A stretch of 64,000 nt of DNA from Candidatus Obscuribacteraceae bacterium (GTDB lineage Bacteria > Cyanobacteriota > Vampirovibrionia > Obscuribacterales > Obscuribacteraceae): NCBI GenBank assembly GCA_044226015.1, contig JBGAHS010000013.1, positions 1 through 64,000 on the forward strand. The letters are read 5' to 3'. Both the position numbers and the translations under genes were made by a program. How positions within the stretch are numbered: the stretch's first letter is position 1; every line of letters begins with the position of its first letter. Under the pieces are notes generated by a model, which was given only the letters and a program-made list of their open reading frames with translations, had not been told where the DNA came from and did no database searches. Below are positions 8,170 through 19,100 of this stretch, one piece after another.

Positions 8170-9966
8170 ATGGCAAATAATCACCACAATCAAGACGCCG
8201 GAGACGGCGGTAAGCGGAAAGAGTCGAAGGCTGAGAGGTCTGAGCGAAAAGCTGAAGCCTATGAGCGAGGAGACATAGCTAATTCCGTCGAAAACTATAA
8301 CGACAAACTCAAAGAACAAAGCAAAGAACAGAAAATTAGCGGCAGGAGTAAAGTTACTGGTAAAGGGCAAGGAGCAGATGGTAAGGGAGGTTTCTCCTCT
8401 GCTAAAGACTTGCTTGGCGACTTAGCGCACGAGACGCTCACAAAGGATGCAGAGAAAAAGCAAATGACTCCCCAGCGCAAGGCTCAGATCATGGCAGAGT
8501 TTGAGCGCGACGGTTATATTGTCGGTAAGCCGCAAGAAAAAGCAGAAGCTGCTCCAAAGGGGTCTGCAGAGGATACCGGCAAAGTAACTGATTACAAGCC
8601 TAAGCAGAACTCGCAAGCAGCATTCTCTTTGGGGATGAACTATGAAGAAGGCAAGCCAGAAAATAAAGATCTTGTCGGGAAAATCGGCAGCTTTGCCGAA
8701 GCAGCAGTCCGGAATGCTACCAATCCCAAAGGCTGGCAGGACTGGTTTGATGGCGAACTACAGAAAGCAAAAGGCATTGCTGAAGGACTCAATGAGGCTA
8801 AGGAAGAGACAAAAGCTACAGCCGTGGCAGGATTCAAGGCTCTGACTGATGGCACTGTTGCTAACTTCTTAGCGAACCCAAATGCAATCAATGATCCGTT
8901 GTTTAAGGCCGTTGGCTCAGTTTTTGATGCGATTAGCTCTGATCCAAACGCTACGAATAAGGCTCTTGAGGCTTTGGGGAATGCAGTCATGAAAGCGAGT
9001 AATGATTATTCCAACATGCCAAAAGAGGAGCAAGGAAAGGTAATTGGCAAAGTGGCTTTCGGAATGATCAATCCAGAAGGCAGCACCGAAGGCGCTGAAG
9101 TCGCGCTTAAGGTCGTTGATAAAGTCGCAACGCAAGTAGATAAAGCGGTTGTGGATACCATATCTGTCTCTCTGAAAGCGGCAGAAAAGGCTGCGCAGCG
9201 GTCGCCTGAGATGGCTCAGCTGGCGAAACAGCGATTACTAGATTATCTAGATTCCAAAGGTTTGTTAGGTCCAAAGCTTGAATATGCCGGTGTTCCTGAT
9301 GGCTATTTTGAAGGAATGCAGCCCACTAAGAACGCTGCGAAAGATAACTACATGGCCATGTCCTCTGAATCTGATGCTGGTGGTTTTGGCGGTAAGCGTC
9401 CGATGAGTAGGGCTGAACGAGCTGAAGCTTTGGAGAGGAATCCCCCTTCTGAAATCTTTAGAGCCGAAATGGCTAAGGCAATCGACAATCTGGAACCGCA
9501 CCTTCGGGATTACCTTGAAGAAAAAGGCGTCGAAATAAAGACTTGCCGCCGCATCACAGATCTTTTTCCAGACCAGAAACCTAGCACAATGGGTTGCTAT
9601 TCCATAAAAGAAAACTCTATCTATATTGCTGAAGAAGTAAGGTCTGGAGGACAATGGGTGAAAAACTTTGACGTTGATTTCAATCTCAGGCATGAAAGTG
9701 GGCATGCATTTAGCTATACCAAACGTGGTTACGAGCAGCTTTCAGCCGATGTGAAATTTCAAAAATTGTTCGCTCAAGATATCAAGAATATTCCGCAAGA
9801 CGTGCTTAAGAGTTTGGACTTTGACATAAACAGCCGCGAAGGAATAGAGTTTGCCAGAGAAGAGGTTTTTGCTGACTCGTTTGCTCACGCTACCGGGTGC
9901 GCGACAAAAAATAGATACTCGCAACTAATTAGAGAGCACTTTCCCAGCTGCCGCACTTACTTTTGA
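8170..9966 (+). CDS. putative polymorphic toxin with C-terminal anthrax-LF-like zincin metallopeptidase
   Basis: Long helical Ala/Gly-rich N-terminal region; C-terminal MGCYS...IYIAE...LRHESGH...REEVFADSFA (HExxH plus distal E). Confidence 0.65.
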   Translation: MANNHHNQDAGDGGKRKESKAERSERKAEAYERGDIANSVENYNDKLKEQSKEQKISGRSKVTGKGQGADGKGGFSSAKDLLGDLAHETLTKDAEKKQMTPQRKAQIMAEFERDGYIVGKPQEKAEAAPKGSAEDTGKVTDYKPKQNSQAAFSLGMNYEEGKPENKDLVGKIGSFAEAAVRNATNPKGWQDWFDGELQKAKGIAEGLNEAKEETKATAVAGFKALTDGTVANFLANPNAINDPLFKAVGSVFDAISSDPNATNKALEALGNAVMKASNDYSNMPKEEQGKVIGKVAFGMINPEGSTEGAEVALKVVDKVATQVDKAVVDTISVSLKAAEKAAQRSPEMAQLAKQRLLDYLDSKGLLGPKLEYAGVPDGYFEGMQPTKNAAKDNYMAMSSESDAGGFGGKRPMSRAERAEALERNPPSEIFRAEMAKAIDNLEPHLRDYLEEKGVEIKTCRRITDLFPDQKPSTMGCYSIKENSIYIAEEVRSGGQWVKNFDVDFNLRHESGHAFSYTKRGYEQLSADVKFQKLFAQDIKNIPQDVLKSLDFDINSREGIEFAREEVFADSFAHATGCATKNRYSQLIREHFPSCRTYF

Positions 9967-9973
9967 GGTTCTC

Positions 9974-10333
9974 ATGCAATCAGACAATTCGAAAAACTGG
10001 TTTCAAAAATTGAATGAGCGTATCGATAACGAGCCTCGTCCTTCAGACGAAGAGATTGAACGTCTGCGCGCTGAGAAAGAGTCCGTGCATGAGGCGATGG
10101 AAGGCACAGCCAAGGAAACAGCCTTTATGAGCGACGATCTTGCAGTTACAGTTAAGTACTGGACCTACAAGGATGGCGTAATTGGCGACGGATGGGACCT
10201 TATTACACCGGCAGATGGTAATTATCAGGAAATTTGTACCAGGCATAATCTTCGTAAGCCAGGCGACTCCAACGCCATCATGTCGAAATGGATTGATGGC
10301 AGGTGGGTTGAGCTTCCAGGCATGAGCCAATGA
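9974..10333 (+). CDS. putative immunity protein
   Basis: Small acidic ORF 7 nt downstream of the toxin-like gene. Confidence 0.5.
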   Translation: MQSDNSKNWFQKLNERIDNEPRPSDEEIERLRAEKESVHEAMEGTAKETAFMSDDLAVTVKYWTYKDGVIGDGWDLITPADGNYQEICTRHNLRKPGDSNAIMSKWIDGRWVELPGMSQ

Positions 10334-10496
10334 GCAGGAGCGCGCGAAATATTGTTCTAGCGCTCGTCTGTTTTGCGCCTGGCATCCTTGATCAGCTGCT
10401 CCAGTGATTCGTATTTATTGAAGTCAGTTGACGATTTATGGACAGAAAAAAGCGCCTTGCCGATCTTTGGCGTTTGTAGGAGTCTGGTGAAGTACC

Positions 10497-11549
10497 TTAC
10501 TGGCTTGCTTTGGTTTTGTCCAAAAGTTCGCGTACGAAGCGTACAGGCACCGCAAAATTCAAGTCGTGTCCATTATCGTCGCCGGCAAAACAGACTCCAA
10601 TAACTCTGCCTTTGTCATTAAGGAGCGCAGAGCCGCTGCTGCCGTGGCTACTAGGGGTTGTGTACTGAATGACATCCCCGTCAGGTGCTGCATCGATAGC
10701 CAGCTTTCCAGTTTTGTCATCAACGTGAAACTTTGTTTGTAATTCCTTGCGGTCTCTGAATCCGCTTACTATCCCAGAGCTGAAGGTGCCCTTGTATCCA
10801 ACCGGGTTGCCAAACTCGTACACAGTCATGCCTTGTTTCGCTTTCCAGTTCGGATTATCCAGTGAGAGGTAGGGGATGTCATCCGCCAGTTTGGACTTAG
10901 TTTGTGCTTGCTTTTCCCTAGCGATTACATCTTTGGATTCCGTCAGGCTGTCTTGAATCAAGCTTTCATTGGTTTTTGCTAGAGTCTTCTTTGCTTCGGT
11001 AATTGGATCATCAGTACTGGCTGACTTGAATGGGTGTGGAGTTGAGCGCGCTGCCGTGGTCATATCGGCAAGGGAAATATAGCGCAACTCAATAATCGCC
11101 AGGTCATGCTCCGGGTCATCGGCGAGGACTTTGCTAATCTGGCACTTGAGTCCGCCCTTTGCGGGTCCATACACTTCTGCGTATCCGTTGATTCCATTCT
11201 TGATGACATGGTGATTTGTGACAACCCAGCCTGGAGCGACAAACCAGCCAGTGCCTAAACTACCACCTGCAGATATGAAGACCGTAGATTTTTCTGCTTT
11301 GTCTTTGATTTGTTCTGCTGTTAGTACAGGACCTTCCGATTCAAGTACACCATCAGGTCCGGTCATCTTATTGAAGCGCTCGTCCATCGAAGTAATTGCA
11401 TTTGGACCGGGAGATAGACTTGTCGTCGATGGGGTTGACTGAGAGCTCTGCTCCGTCTTGTTGTGCTCGGGTTCTGTTTTTGAGCAAGACTGAAGGGCGA
11501 AAGTGAGAAAAGTGCAAATAAGAAGAAAAACTGATTTGTTCATGTGCAA
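10497..11549 (-). CDS. trypsin-like (S1) serine protease lipoprotein
   Basis: Lipobox-like LQSC; triad motifs VTNHHV, HDLAII, HGSSGS. Confidence 0.85.
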   Translation of the reverse strand: MHMNKSVFLLICTFLTFALQSCSKTEPEHNKTEQSSQSTPSTTSLSPGPNAITSMDERFNKMTGPDGVLESEGPVLTAEQIKDKAEKSTVFISAGGSLGTGWFVAPGWVVTNHHVIKNGINGYAEVYGPAKGGLKCQISKVLADDPEHDLAIIELRYISLADMTTAARSTPHPFKSASTDDPITEAKKTLAKTNESLIQDSLTESKDVIAREKQAQTKSKLADDIPYLSLDNPNWKAKQGMTVYEFGNPVGYKGTFSSGIVSGFRDRKELQTKFHVDDKTGKLAIDAAPDGDVIQYTTPSSHGSSGSALLNDKGRVIGVCFAGDDNGHDLNFAVPVRFVRELLDKTKASQ

Positions 11550-11682
11550 AACGCCTTTTTGATTCTCCAGCAGTTTACCTGATTAACAGTTTCTATTCAA
11601 AACATACAGATGAGTTTATCTTGAGCTGATAATTCAGTGTGAAGAAAAGCTCCTTCTGACACAAATGCTGCCATCCACGAAG

Positions 11683-12237
11683 TCATGTGTATGCTAAATC
11701 CAAGAGCTTCCAAATGTATTCGCTGAAGTCGTTCCAGCCGTTCGGCTTTTTGCCTTCGCGCTTACCATTGACTAGTTCTCGTACTTTCAGCCAATGCCCG
11801 CGATCGGCCCAGATATCGCATTTTGCGTTATTGAAATACTCAGCAAAAATCCTTGCTGCGATTTTTGGCTCAAGAGCCTTTTCCGGATGAGTTAGCAGAT
11901 CAACTTCTGGAGAAGAGTACTTCTGGTAGTTTTCTTTTCCTGTAAGTTGTATAAAGCCTCGCCCACGCCATTTCCACAACCCTGCGCTGTCTACCTCATA
12001 GTCTGATCGCTTTCCGTAGGTTTTTCTAAAATACTCGGCGTCGCCGTTTTCTTCGATAGGGCGAAAGTGGTCTTCTGTGGCAATTGTCGCGACACATGCC
12101 ACCAGAATGCGCGGATTGTTGAGTTCTATTTTCTGGGTTTTACACGCTTGAAAAATGATTGGCCAGGCTGAGCTGACATCTACTATTCTTGACGAAGTCG
12201 CTTTTGCAATTTCTGAATCTTTAAGCGGGAAGGACAT
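11683..12237 (-). CDS. glycoside hydrolase family 19 (lysozyme/chitinase-like)
   Basis: ATIATE catalytic Glu, WRGRGFIQLTGKENY, RELVNG. Confidence 0.85.
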   Translation of the reverse strand: MSFPLKDSEIAKATSSRIVDVSSAWPIIFQACKTQKIELNNPRILVACVATIATEDHFRPIEENGDAEYFRKTYGKRSDYEVDSAGLWKWRGRGFIQLTGKENYQKYSSPEVDLLTHPEKALEPKIAARIFAEYFNNAKCDIWADRGHWLKVRELVNGKREGKKPNGWNDFSEYIWKLLDLAYT

Positions 12238-12370
12238 CTTGTTGTTCTCCTTTTACGAAGTTTTTTCGAGAGATAGCACTATCTGCATATAGTGCCGCAT
12301 GCTTGAATGCGCCTGAATTCACGTCTTGTGTCAAAATGCAAATAAGCTCACTGCTTCCAGGAGTAAAACA

Positions 12371-13312
12371 ATGACCGAACATTTGGATTATGTCGAAGCA
12401 CAGATAGAGCAGCAAAGGCACCAGCTAGAGGCTCTTAGAGAAGAACGAAAAAAATCACGAGAGCCTGTTAGACCATCTAATCAGGTTTCGCTCTTGTTAT
12501 CTACTGCCGGCATCAAGCAACAAAAGTACAGGCTCGTTGCGCAGGGCGACTCGTGGTTTGATTATCTTCCCGGGCATGATCTCATCGATTATCTGGAAGG
12601 CAAATACGGTCACGAAATTGAGAATATCGGTGTGGCTGGATCAACCTTGAATGATATTGCATATGGTTCCGTGCCAAAGGACTTCTTTGGCATTCCATGT
12701 TCGGATGAATTATTGCGCATTTCTCAATTAATACATGCGGTAGAGCAAGTAAGACCGCAGGCAGTTCTGCTCTCTGGCGGGGGGAACGATATCGCCGGCG
12801 AAGAGTTTTTTCCTCTTTTGAATAACGCCTTGTCCAAACTTGATAATCCCAACGCACTAGTGCTTAATGGAGTGATGAAAGAGACTTTGCAAAAAGGTTA
12901 CAGAGACACTATTGACACGCTGCTTGCTAAAGCAAAAAAGATGGGAGTTTGTTTACCCATATTCATTCATGGTTACGATTACCCCTGGCCAGATGGAAGG
13001 GCGGTATTTGCTTTTAACATAATCGGTCCATGGTTCCATCAGGCTTTCAACAAAAAGAATTTCCCTTTTGAGAAGCAACATCAGGAGCAGCTATTAACGC
13101 GATTTTTGATAATGAGCAAAGTGATAGATGCATTCAACGAAATGCTAGCTGAGCTTGCAATGGCTGTTTATCCCGGAAAAGTGTTCCATGTTGATCTTAG
13201 AGGTACATTGAAAACAAGAGACCGTTGGGCAAATGAACTTCATCCAAACAATGATGGCTTCGAGGACCTGGCTGAGAGATTCAATTTTGTTTTGCATCAG
13301 GTATTGCGTTGA
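12371..13312 (+). CDS. SGNH/GDSL hydrolase, paralog of 60151..61065
   Basis: AQGDSWFDY, LSGGGND, HGYDYP, WANELHP; start taken at ATG 12371 after AGGAG. Confidence 0.85.
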   Translation: MTEHLDYVEAQIEQQRHQLEALREERKKSREPVRPSNQVSLLLSTAGIKQQKYRLVAQGDSWFDYLPGHDLIDYLEGKYGHEIENIGVAGSTLNDIAYGSVPKDFFGIPCSDELLRISQLIHAVEQVRPQAVLLSGGGNDIAGEEFFPLLNNALSKLDNPNALVLNGVMKETLQKGYRDTIDTLLAKAKKMGVCLPIFIHGYDYPWPDGRAVFAFNIIGPWFHQAFNKKNFPFEKQHQEQLLTRFLIMSKVIDAFNEMLAELAMAVYPGKVFHVDLRGTLKTRDRWANELHPNNDGFEDLAERFNFVLHQVLR

Positions 13313-13665
13313 AAATTTATTAGCACTGCACTAAACCGGCATAGTATGCGGGGTTTACAGAAGTGGAAAACAATTCTATGATGCAATTGAAGGATGCATC
13401 CTTGAATGCAAGAAAAGCAATCTGCAAACCTTGTGCAAAGGTGTCCAAACAATCAATGAGCAGAGTATGGTACCTCTAACGGGCTGTTTATTGGAGCCAT
13501 CCTGAGAGTCTGGGCAATCTGACAAATTTCAATTGGCTTTATTGACTTGCGGCAATAGAGCTTTGGCTGCCTCCGAATAACCCAATTTTTACTGCGCGAA
13601 CAATCATGATTTTCTGAAGCCTGCATTTGCTTCGGTGTGTTTGATAGTTCGCCGAGGAGACTCTT

Positions 13666-15186
13666 ATGGAAACGAAAAAATGGATTGTAATGCCATCGCA
13701 AGGGCTGACGGCTCGTGACGGCATAGCGACAAATGCAACTACAAATTTACTCGGGGTCATGAATAATGCACTCGTAAATCCTTCACCGAGCAATCAAGTA
13801 CCTGGATTGAGTGGTGTAAAGGTTCTTGATTCCCTTGCAGAAGATGGTGCCAAATTGGTTGAGATGAATGATTCTGCTGCGCTCAGTCTAAAAGCTGCGG
13901 CTCCAGGCTTGCGCGTACTGCCCCTGGTTTATTACAAGCCTTGCAGTGTAAGACTTGAGGCTGAAGAGCTGGCTGAACCGGATGATCTGCTAACTCTCAA
14001 ACCTGTGCATGTGAAAATTTCTGCTGATGGCGGAGCTCCTATTGTAGGTGCTATGGTCGTTGCCTTTACAAATTTGCAAGCCCGGCTTGGCTCTAATGCA
14101 TATACCGACGAAACCGGTGAAGCTGTCCTGAAAGGAATCGCTCCAGGTACAAAAGTAGAATTGCTATTGGTCTATCCGCTCCATTCATTTTGGAGCAAGG
14201 TTGTTCACAGCGTAACGGTAGAAGAAGTCTTAAAACTTGAATTGATTTCAATCAATCCGCAGCACCTCGATTGTGTTCAGTCCTTCTATGCAGAGCACGA
14301 GATAGGAGATGGTACCGGAGTTAGAGTAGGTGTTATCGATACTGGAATAGGACCACATCCAGACCTGTCAGTGAAAGGAGGCACGAATACAACAGGTGAG
14401 GACAGAAATCTGATCACTGATGGGCATCAGCATGGAACACATGTAGCAGGAATAATTGCAAGGAGAAATCAGGGTATTGCTCCGAACGTGGAACTCTTCA
14501 GCTACAGGATATTCCGAGATCCCTCCAAAAATGACAGGGGCGCGAGCAATTGGGCAATAATCAAAGCCATTTACAGAGCAGTAAAAGACAACTGCGATGT
14601 TTTAAATATGAGTTTTGGTGGTGGCATGGCTGACGAGGCGACGAAATCAGCCATAGATGAAGCCCGCCGAAAAGGAACTCTTTGTGTTGTGGCCGCTGGT
14701 AATGACGGTGCTCGCGTCAGTTATCCAGCTGCTTTTCAGCTTTCGGTAGCAGTCTCGGCGCTGGGAAGAGAAGGAACATTTCCAAGCGACTCATCGGCAG
14801 GATTGCATGTCAGCGATGTAAGAGGCGCAGACAGTGTGAACTTCGTAGCACGATTCTCAAATCGAGGACCTGAAATTGATGTTGTGGGACCAGGTGTTGC
14901 CGTTGTATCCACAGTGCCAGGGGGAAAGTATGCCGAAATGAGCGGTACCTCTATGGCGTGTCCAGCGGTCACAGGTGTCATGGCGGCGCTCTTGTCTGCT
15001 CCACAAAATGCTTGGCTTTTAAAAGCTAAGCGAGATTCTTCGCGCTCAGACGATCTTGCTCGGCTCTTGTTTAATTCTGCCAAGCAGCTTGGATTTGGCA
15101 TACAATATGAGGGACATGGACTGCCTGGAGTAAGAGATGTACATTCTGACGTGCATGACACCAAGCAAGGCGTTATTGAAGAATGA
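13666..15186 (+). CDS. S8 subtilisin-like serine peptidase (no signal peptide)
   Basis: VIDTG, HGTHVAG, AAGN, GTSMACP. Confidence 0.92.
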   Translation: METKKWIVMPSQGLTARDGIATNATTNLLGVMNNALVNPSPSNQVPGLSGVKVLDSLAEDGAKLVEMNDSAALSLKAAAPGLRVLPLVYYKPCSVRLEAEELAEPDDLLTLKPVHVKISADGGAPIVGAMVVAFTNLQARLGSNAYTDETGEAVLKGIAPGTKVELLLVYPLHSFWSKVVHSVTVEEVLKLELISINPQHLDCVQSFYAEHEIGDGTGVRVGVIDTGIGPHPDLSVKGGTNTTGEDRNLITDGHQHGTHVAGIIARRNQGIAPNVELFSYRIFRDPSKNDRGASNWAIIKAIYRAVKDNCDVLNMSFGGGMADEATKSAIDEARRKGTLCVVAAGNDGARVSYPAAFQLSVAVSALGREGTFPSDSSAGLHVSDVRGADSVNFVARFSNRGPEIDVVGPGVAVVSTVPGGKYAEMSGTSMACPAVTGVMAALLSAPQNAWLLKAKRDSSRSDDLARLLFNSAKQLGFGIQYEGHGLPGVRDVHSDVHDTKQGVIEE

Positions 15187-15373
15187 TCTTGAGAAAATAA
15201 GAAGATTCGAGAATATTCAAATTCTTGAATTGATTGATGATAACTTTCCATCTCAACTTCTGATACAGGGTGATAGTGAGGCAGTAAGAGCTTTGATGCT
15301 TTTGCTGCCTCACTGGAAAGCAGAAGAGGAAAATAAAATTCCTCTTCCCGATACAAGATACAAAGCAAATTAG
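15137..15373 (+). CDS. small protein resembling a subtilase propeptide/inhibitor domain
   Basis: GGAG RBS; overlaps S8 3' end; residue pattern parallels the S8 N-terminal prodomain. Confidence 0.55.
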   Translation: MYILTCMTPSKALLKNDLEKIRRFENIQILELIDDNFPSQLLIQGDSEAVRALMLLLPHWKAEEENKIPLPDTRYKAN

Positions 15374-16128
15374 TTTGGCGTTTTGTCGCAGGATACGATA
15401 CGCCACTGTATTTGGTGCTACGCTAATTGATTGTGCTGATTCGCTGGTAAGGCTTGCTATTAAAGAACTTTGGGGATGACATAAATTTCATTCGGAGAAA
15501 AAAACAGAATAAAAAGTTTTTTTCCAACAAGAGTTTTTACCTTTGCTGTGAAGAACCGCATGAATAGTACGTCTTGGATTGACTGAATTAGAATACTGTG
15601 CTATATATAAAAGTGGAAATGCAATTGAACGAGGGTATTTCCGCAAGAGACGGTAAAGAATACTTCCTCTTCGAAAGCAAATTCAATCTCCCAAATTCCT
15701 CCTGAGCAAGGGAACATGGTAGTAACAGCCCATCACACACACAACCAGAGAAATCAGAGCTTGACTAAGTTCTGTACTCCTGCCAGGGTCCACCATTGAT
15801 CCGCTCTCAGTGACGCGTTTCGTTGAATTGACTTGGTGCGAGTACTCAGTAGCGCATCAAGATCTAGCTAGTTGAACAAACATTGTCTAAGCAGATTTTC
15901 GAGCTTATACCATATTTGGTATCACTCAAAATATCCGTGCGGACATATGTTTGATCGAGCTGCTCAATCGAATAAACATTGACTGCGGAACCTGCTGAAG
16001 CGCGGGCATCGGCCAGGAACGTTTGCCCAGCGCTTCCAGCAGTATTTCATTGACTAAAACTCTTTCACTCTTTTTCGGCTTTCATTCACGATTGCATATT
16101 GCTTTGCGTCTTGATGAAAGGAGGCTAT

Positions 16129-19100
16129 ATGTTTTTCGCGCTTTCAAAAGTAACACGATGGATTCAGGCTCATAAAAGGGTGCCTGTATACGCGTTTTGT
16201 AGGGTGATAAAAATCCTCCTTTTACTTTTGATGGTCTCTATCAACAGTCCTGCTGAGGCGCAAATAGCAACTTTTACAGGAACAGCAATAGGAAGTGGTA
16301 GCTCGGGAACTTACAGTTACAGTTCGCCAAATTATTCTGTTTCCGGAGCTGGAACAGGTGTGTCTGGTACGGCAGACAGTTGCTTTTTTGCAAATACTGA
16401 CACATCTGGAAACATAGAAATAATAGCCAAAATAAACAGCATAAGCGCCGCCAATTTAAATCCGCATGCGGCTGCCGGGCTGATGGTGCGAGCGGGAACA
16501 GCAGCAAGCGATAGCACCGCTTTTATCTCAGTAAGCCCGGGTGATGGTATCAGATTCAGTATCAGAAAAGCTAGTCAGGCACAAGCACTAACTACACTGG
16601 GTCCAGGACTTGGAACACCGGTGTTCTTGCGTTTGGTAGTGAGCGGAACCTCTGTTGCTGGCTATCAAAGCTCCGATGGTAGTAATTGGAAACTTGTTGG
16701 ACAAGATACTCTATTACTGCAAAAGAACTTCAAATGTGGATTCTGTGTCGCTAGCGGTTCTACTCAGCAATGTACAGCCGTATTCGGACCATTGGAACTA
16801 CTCTCGTCCGTGCCTCAGCGTGACGCCAGTATGGTTACGTGGCTGAGAGCAGATGCAGGTGTTATCACCAGTGGTTCTAATGTCCTCAAGTGGATCGACC
16901 AGAGTGGGAATGGACAGAACGCAACGGCGCCAGCCACCTCGTCAAATCAACCGACATTTACAAGCGCAAGCGGTTCAACGCCTCCAGCCCTAACGTTTAA
17001 TTCGGCTAACCAGCAATACCTTACTTTTGGATCTGGTTTTAAGGATTTCACTCAAGGTGCATCGATATTCATAGTAACAAAGCCTGCAACGACGGCGACT
17101 GACCAACGTATTCTAGATTTGAATCCTGCCGGGACAGGACAAACAATCAGATGTTATGAGTCTAGCGCAACCCAATTTAGATTCAGAGTGAGTGACTCTG
17201 CCGGGACTGCCACCGATGCCAATGCAACCTTAGCCGCAAATACAGTTCAGGTTTTTGAGTGTATTCATGACGGCACTGCAGTTGCTACTGCGTATACCAA
17301 TGGGGTAGCTGGCACGCCTAATACAGCTATGAAAGCAATTGGAAATGTGTTGAGAACAGATAACTCGATTGCTAAGCAAAAGGGTGCAGTTTCCACCAAT
17401 TGTTACAGCGGTACAATCTCCGAAATCATTGTCTATTCGCGTATTTTGAGCCCCAGTGAAAGGCTTGGAGTTGAAAGTTATCTTTTTAGCAAGTTTGGCA
17501 TTGGCGGGACACCACAGCTGGTGGCGCCGACTATCACCCCGCCAAATTCGGTTGCAGCTAAAGAACAGCTTATCACAATCACACATCCAGCAGGTGCAAT
17601 TATCAAATATCAGATAAACGGCGGAACCGTCACAACCTACGCCGGACCATTCACAGTAAATTCTAATTCCATAATAACTGCCACTGCATCTTTGCCAGGA
17701 TTTGGAACTAGTCCGACAGCGACTGCCCAGGTGCAAATTGAAAGCGCCTCCACTGCCGTAATTCGCAATGGATTGCAATTGTGGTTACGAGCCAGCAATG
17801 GTGTAACACCCACTCCGACCTCCACGGCTGCCGCTGTTACAGCTTGGCAAGATTTAAGTGGTAACCAAAATAATCCCACACCATCAGCAACAGCACCAAC
17901 GACATTGATCGATAGCAACGGAGTTCCGCAAGTGCGCTTTAATGGAACAAATAGTTTTTCGTTGCCTGCCACAGCAGCCTTTACGTCAGGATGTTCCATT
18001 TTTGTTGTCGCCAACCCTTCGACAATAGCGACGAACAAAACGCTCATAGAATACGGAAACACAAGTTTTGTTGGCATATTCAGGCTCTTTGAAGGAAGTG
18101 CCAGCACAGTCACTTTCTCAAGTTATGACAGTGGTGGCAACGTGGGTTCAATTTCAACAGGGCTCGCTGCAAATACACCACAGCTGATCGATCTTACCTT
18201 CAATGGAACCGATACAGGCTCACTGTTTGTTAATTCAACAGGAGCTACCAACACCGCTATGAAGGTGATGCCGAGCATCACGCGGTCATCCAATAGCATC
18301 GGGCGCAGTCTGATTGCAGGAGCAGGCTCGACCTACTTCTACCAGGGCGACATAGCCGAAATGCTTGTGTACAACACGAATCTGACTTCTGATCAAAGAG
18401 ATGCTATCGAGCGATACTTGGTTTCACGCTACAGTATTCGCGTTAATACTCCTATTATCACTCCGAGTGGTGGCACATTCACTGACTTCAGGAAAACTGT
18501 CTCAATTGTCAGTGATCCAGGCTCTACGACCTACTATACCACGGATGGAACTGATCCTGTAGTTGGAAGTTCTCCTGTATACTCGGGACCCTTCACAATT
18601 TCGTCGAGCACAACAGTGAAGGCTTTATCTCGCCAGTCCTTCGGTGGTGGCACGAACAGTTCCATAGCAGTTGCAGACATCTTTCTAGACCCAATGGCAA
18701 TAAATCTTCCCACGAGTAACTTATGGGGTTGGTTCAGGGCCGACATAGGTGTTGAACGCTCTGGTAGTAATCGAGTTAGTGCCTGGCGAGACATTACTAA
18801 AACGAATGATGCGACGAATACTGACCTATCTACTCAACCAACATTTATTCCTGCCTTACCAGCAATTGAAAGTGTTGGGCAATGGTTGAATAAGCCAAAT
18901 ACAACAACAGCCTTTGCAAACGGATTTAGCTTTTTGCACGTTTTTCGAAACCCTGGCTCACTCGATCAAAACTTTAACTCGTTTGGAAATATAACCAACG
19001 GAGTTGCCTTCACTGCAAACACTAATGGAAGTAGTTTGCGTATCGATGTTAGGAAAGCTGGAGTTTCCAACGTCCTCGCTGTGCCAACCACTTACGGCTT

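Noticed and set aside
13390..13403. 14-bp palindrome AAGGATGCATCCTT upstream of S8
   Set aside because: Single occurrence; cannot be assigned to any regulator
14736..15368. 210-aa minus-strand ORF and similar long antisense ORFs (49840..50544, 44730..45314, 58297..58821)
   Set aside because: They overlap well-supported genes on the opposite strand or in another frame and lack recognisable motifs
15374..16120. 750-nt intergenic region as riboswitch or sRNA
   Set aside because: No recognisable motif or convincing nested pairing by eye
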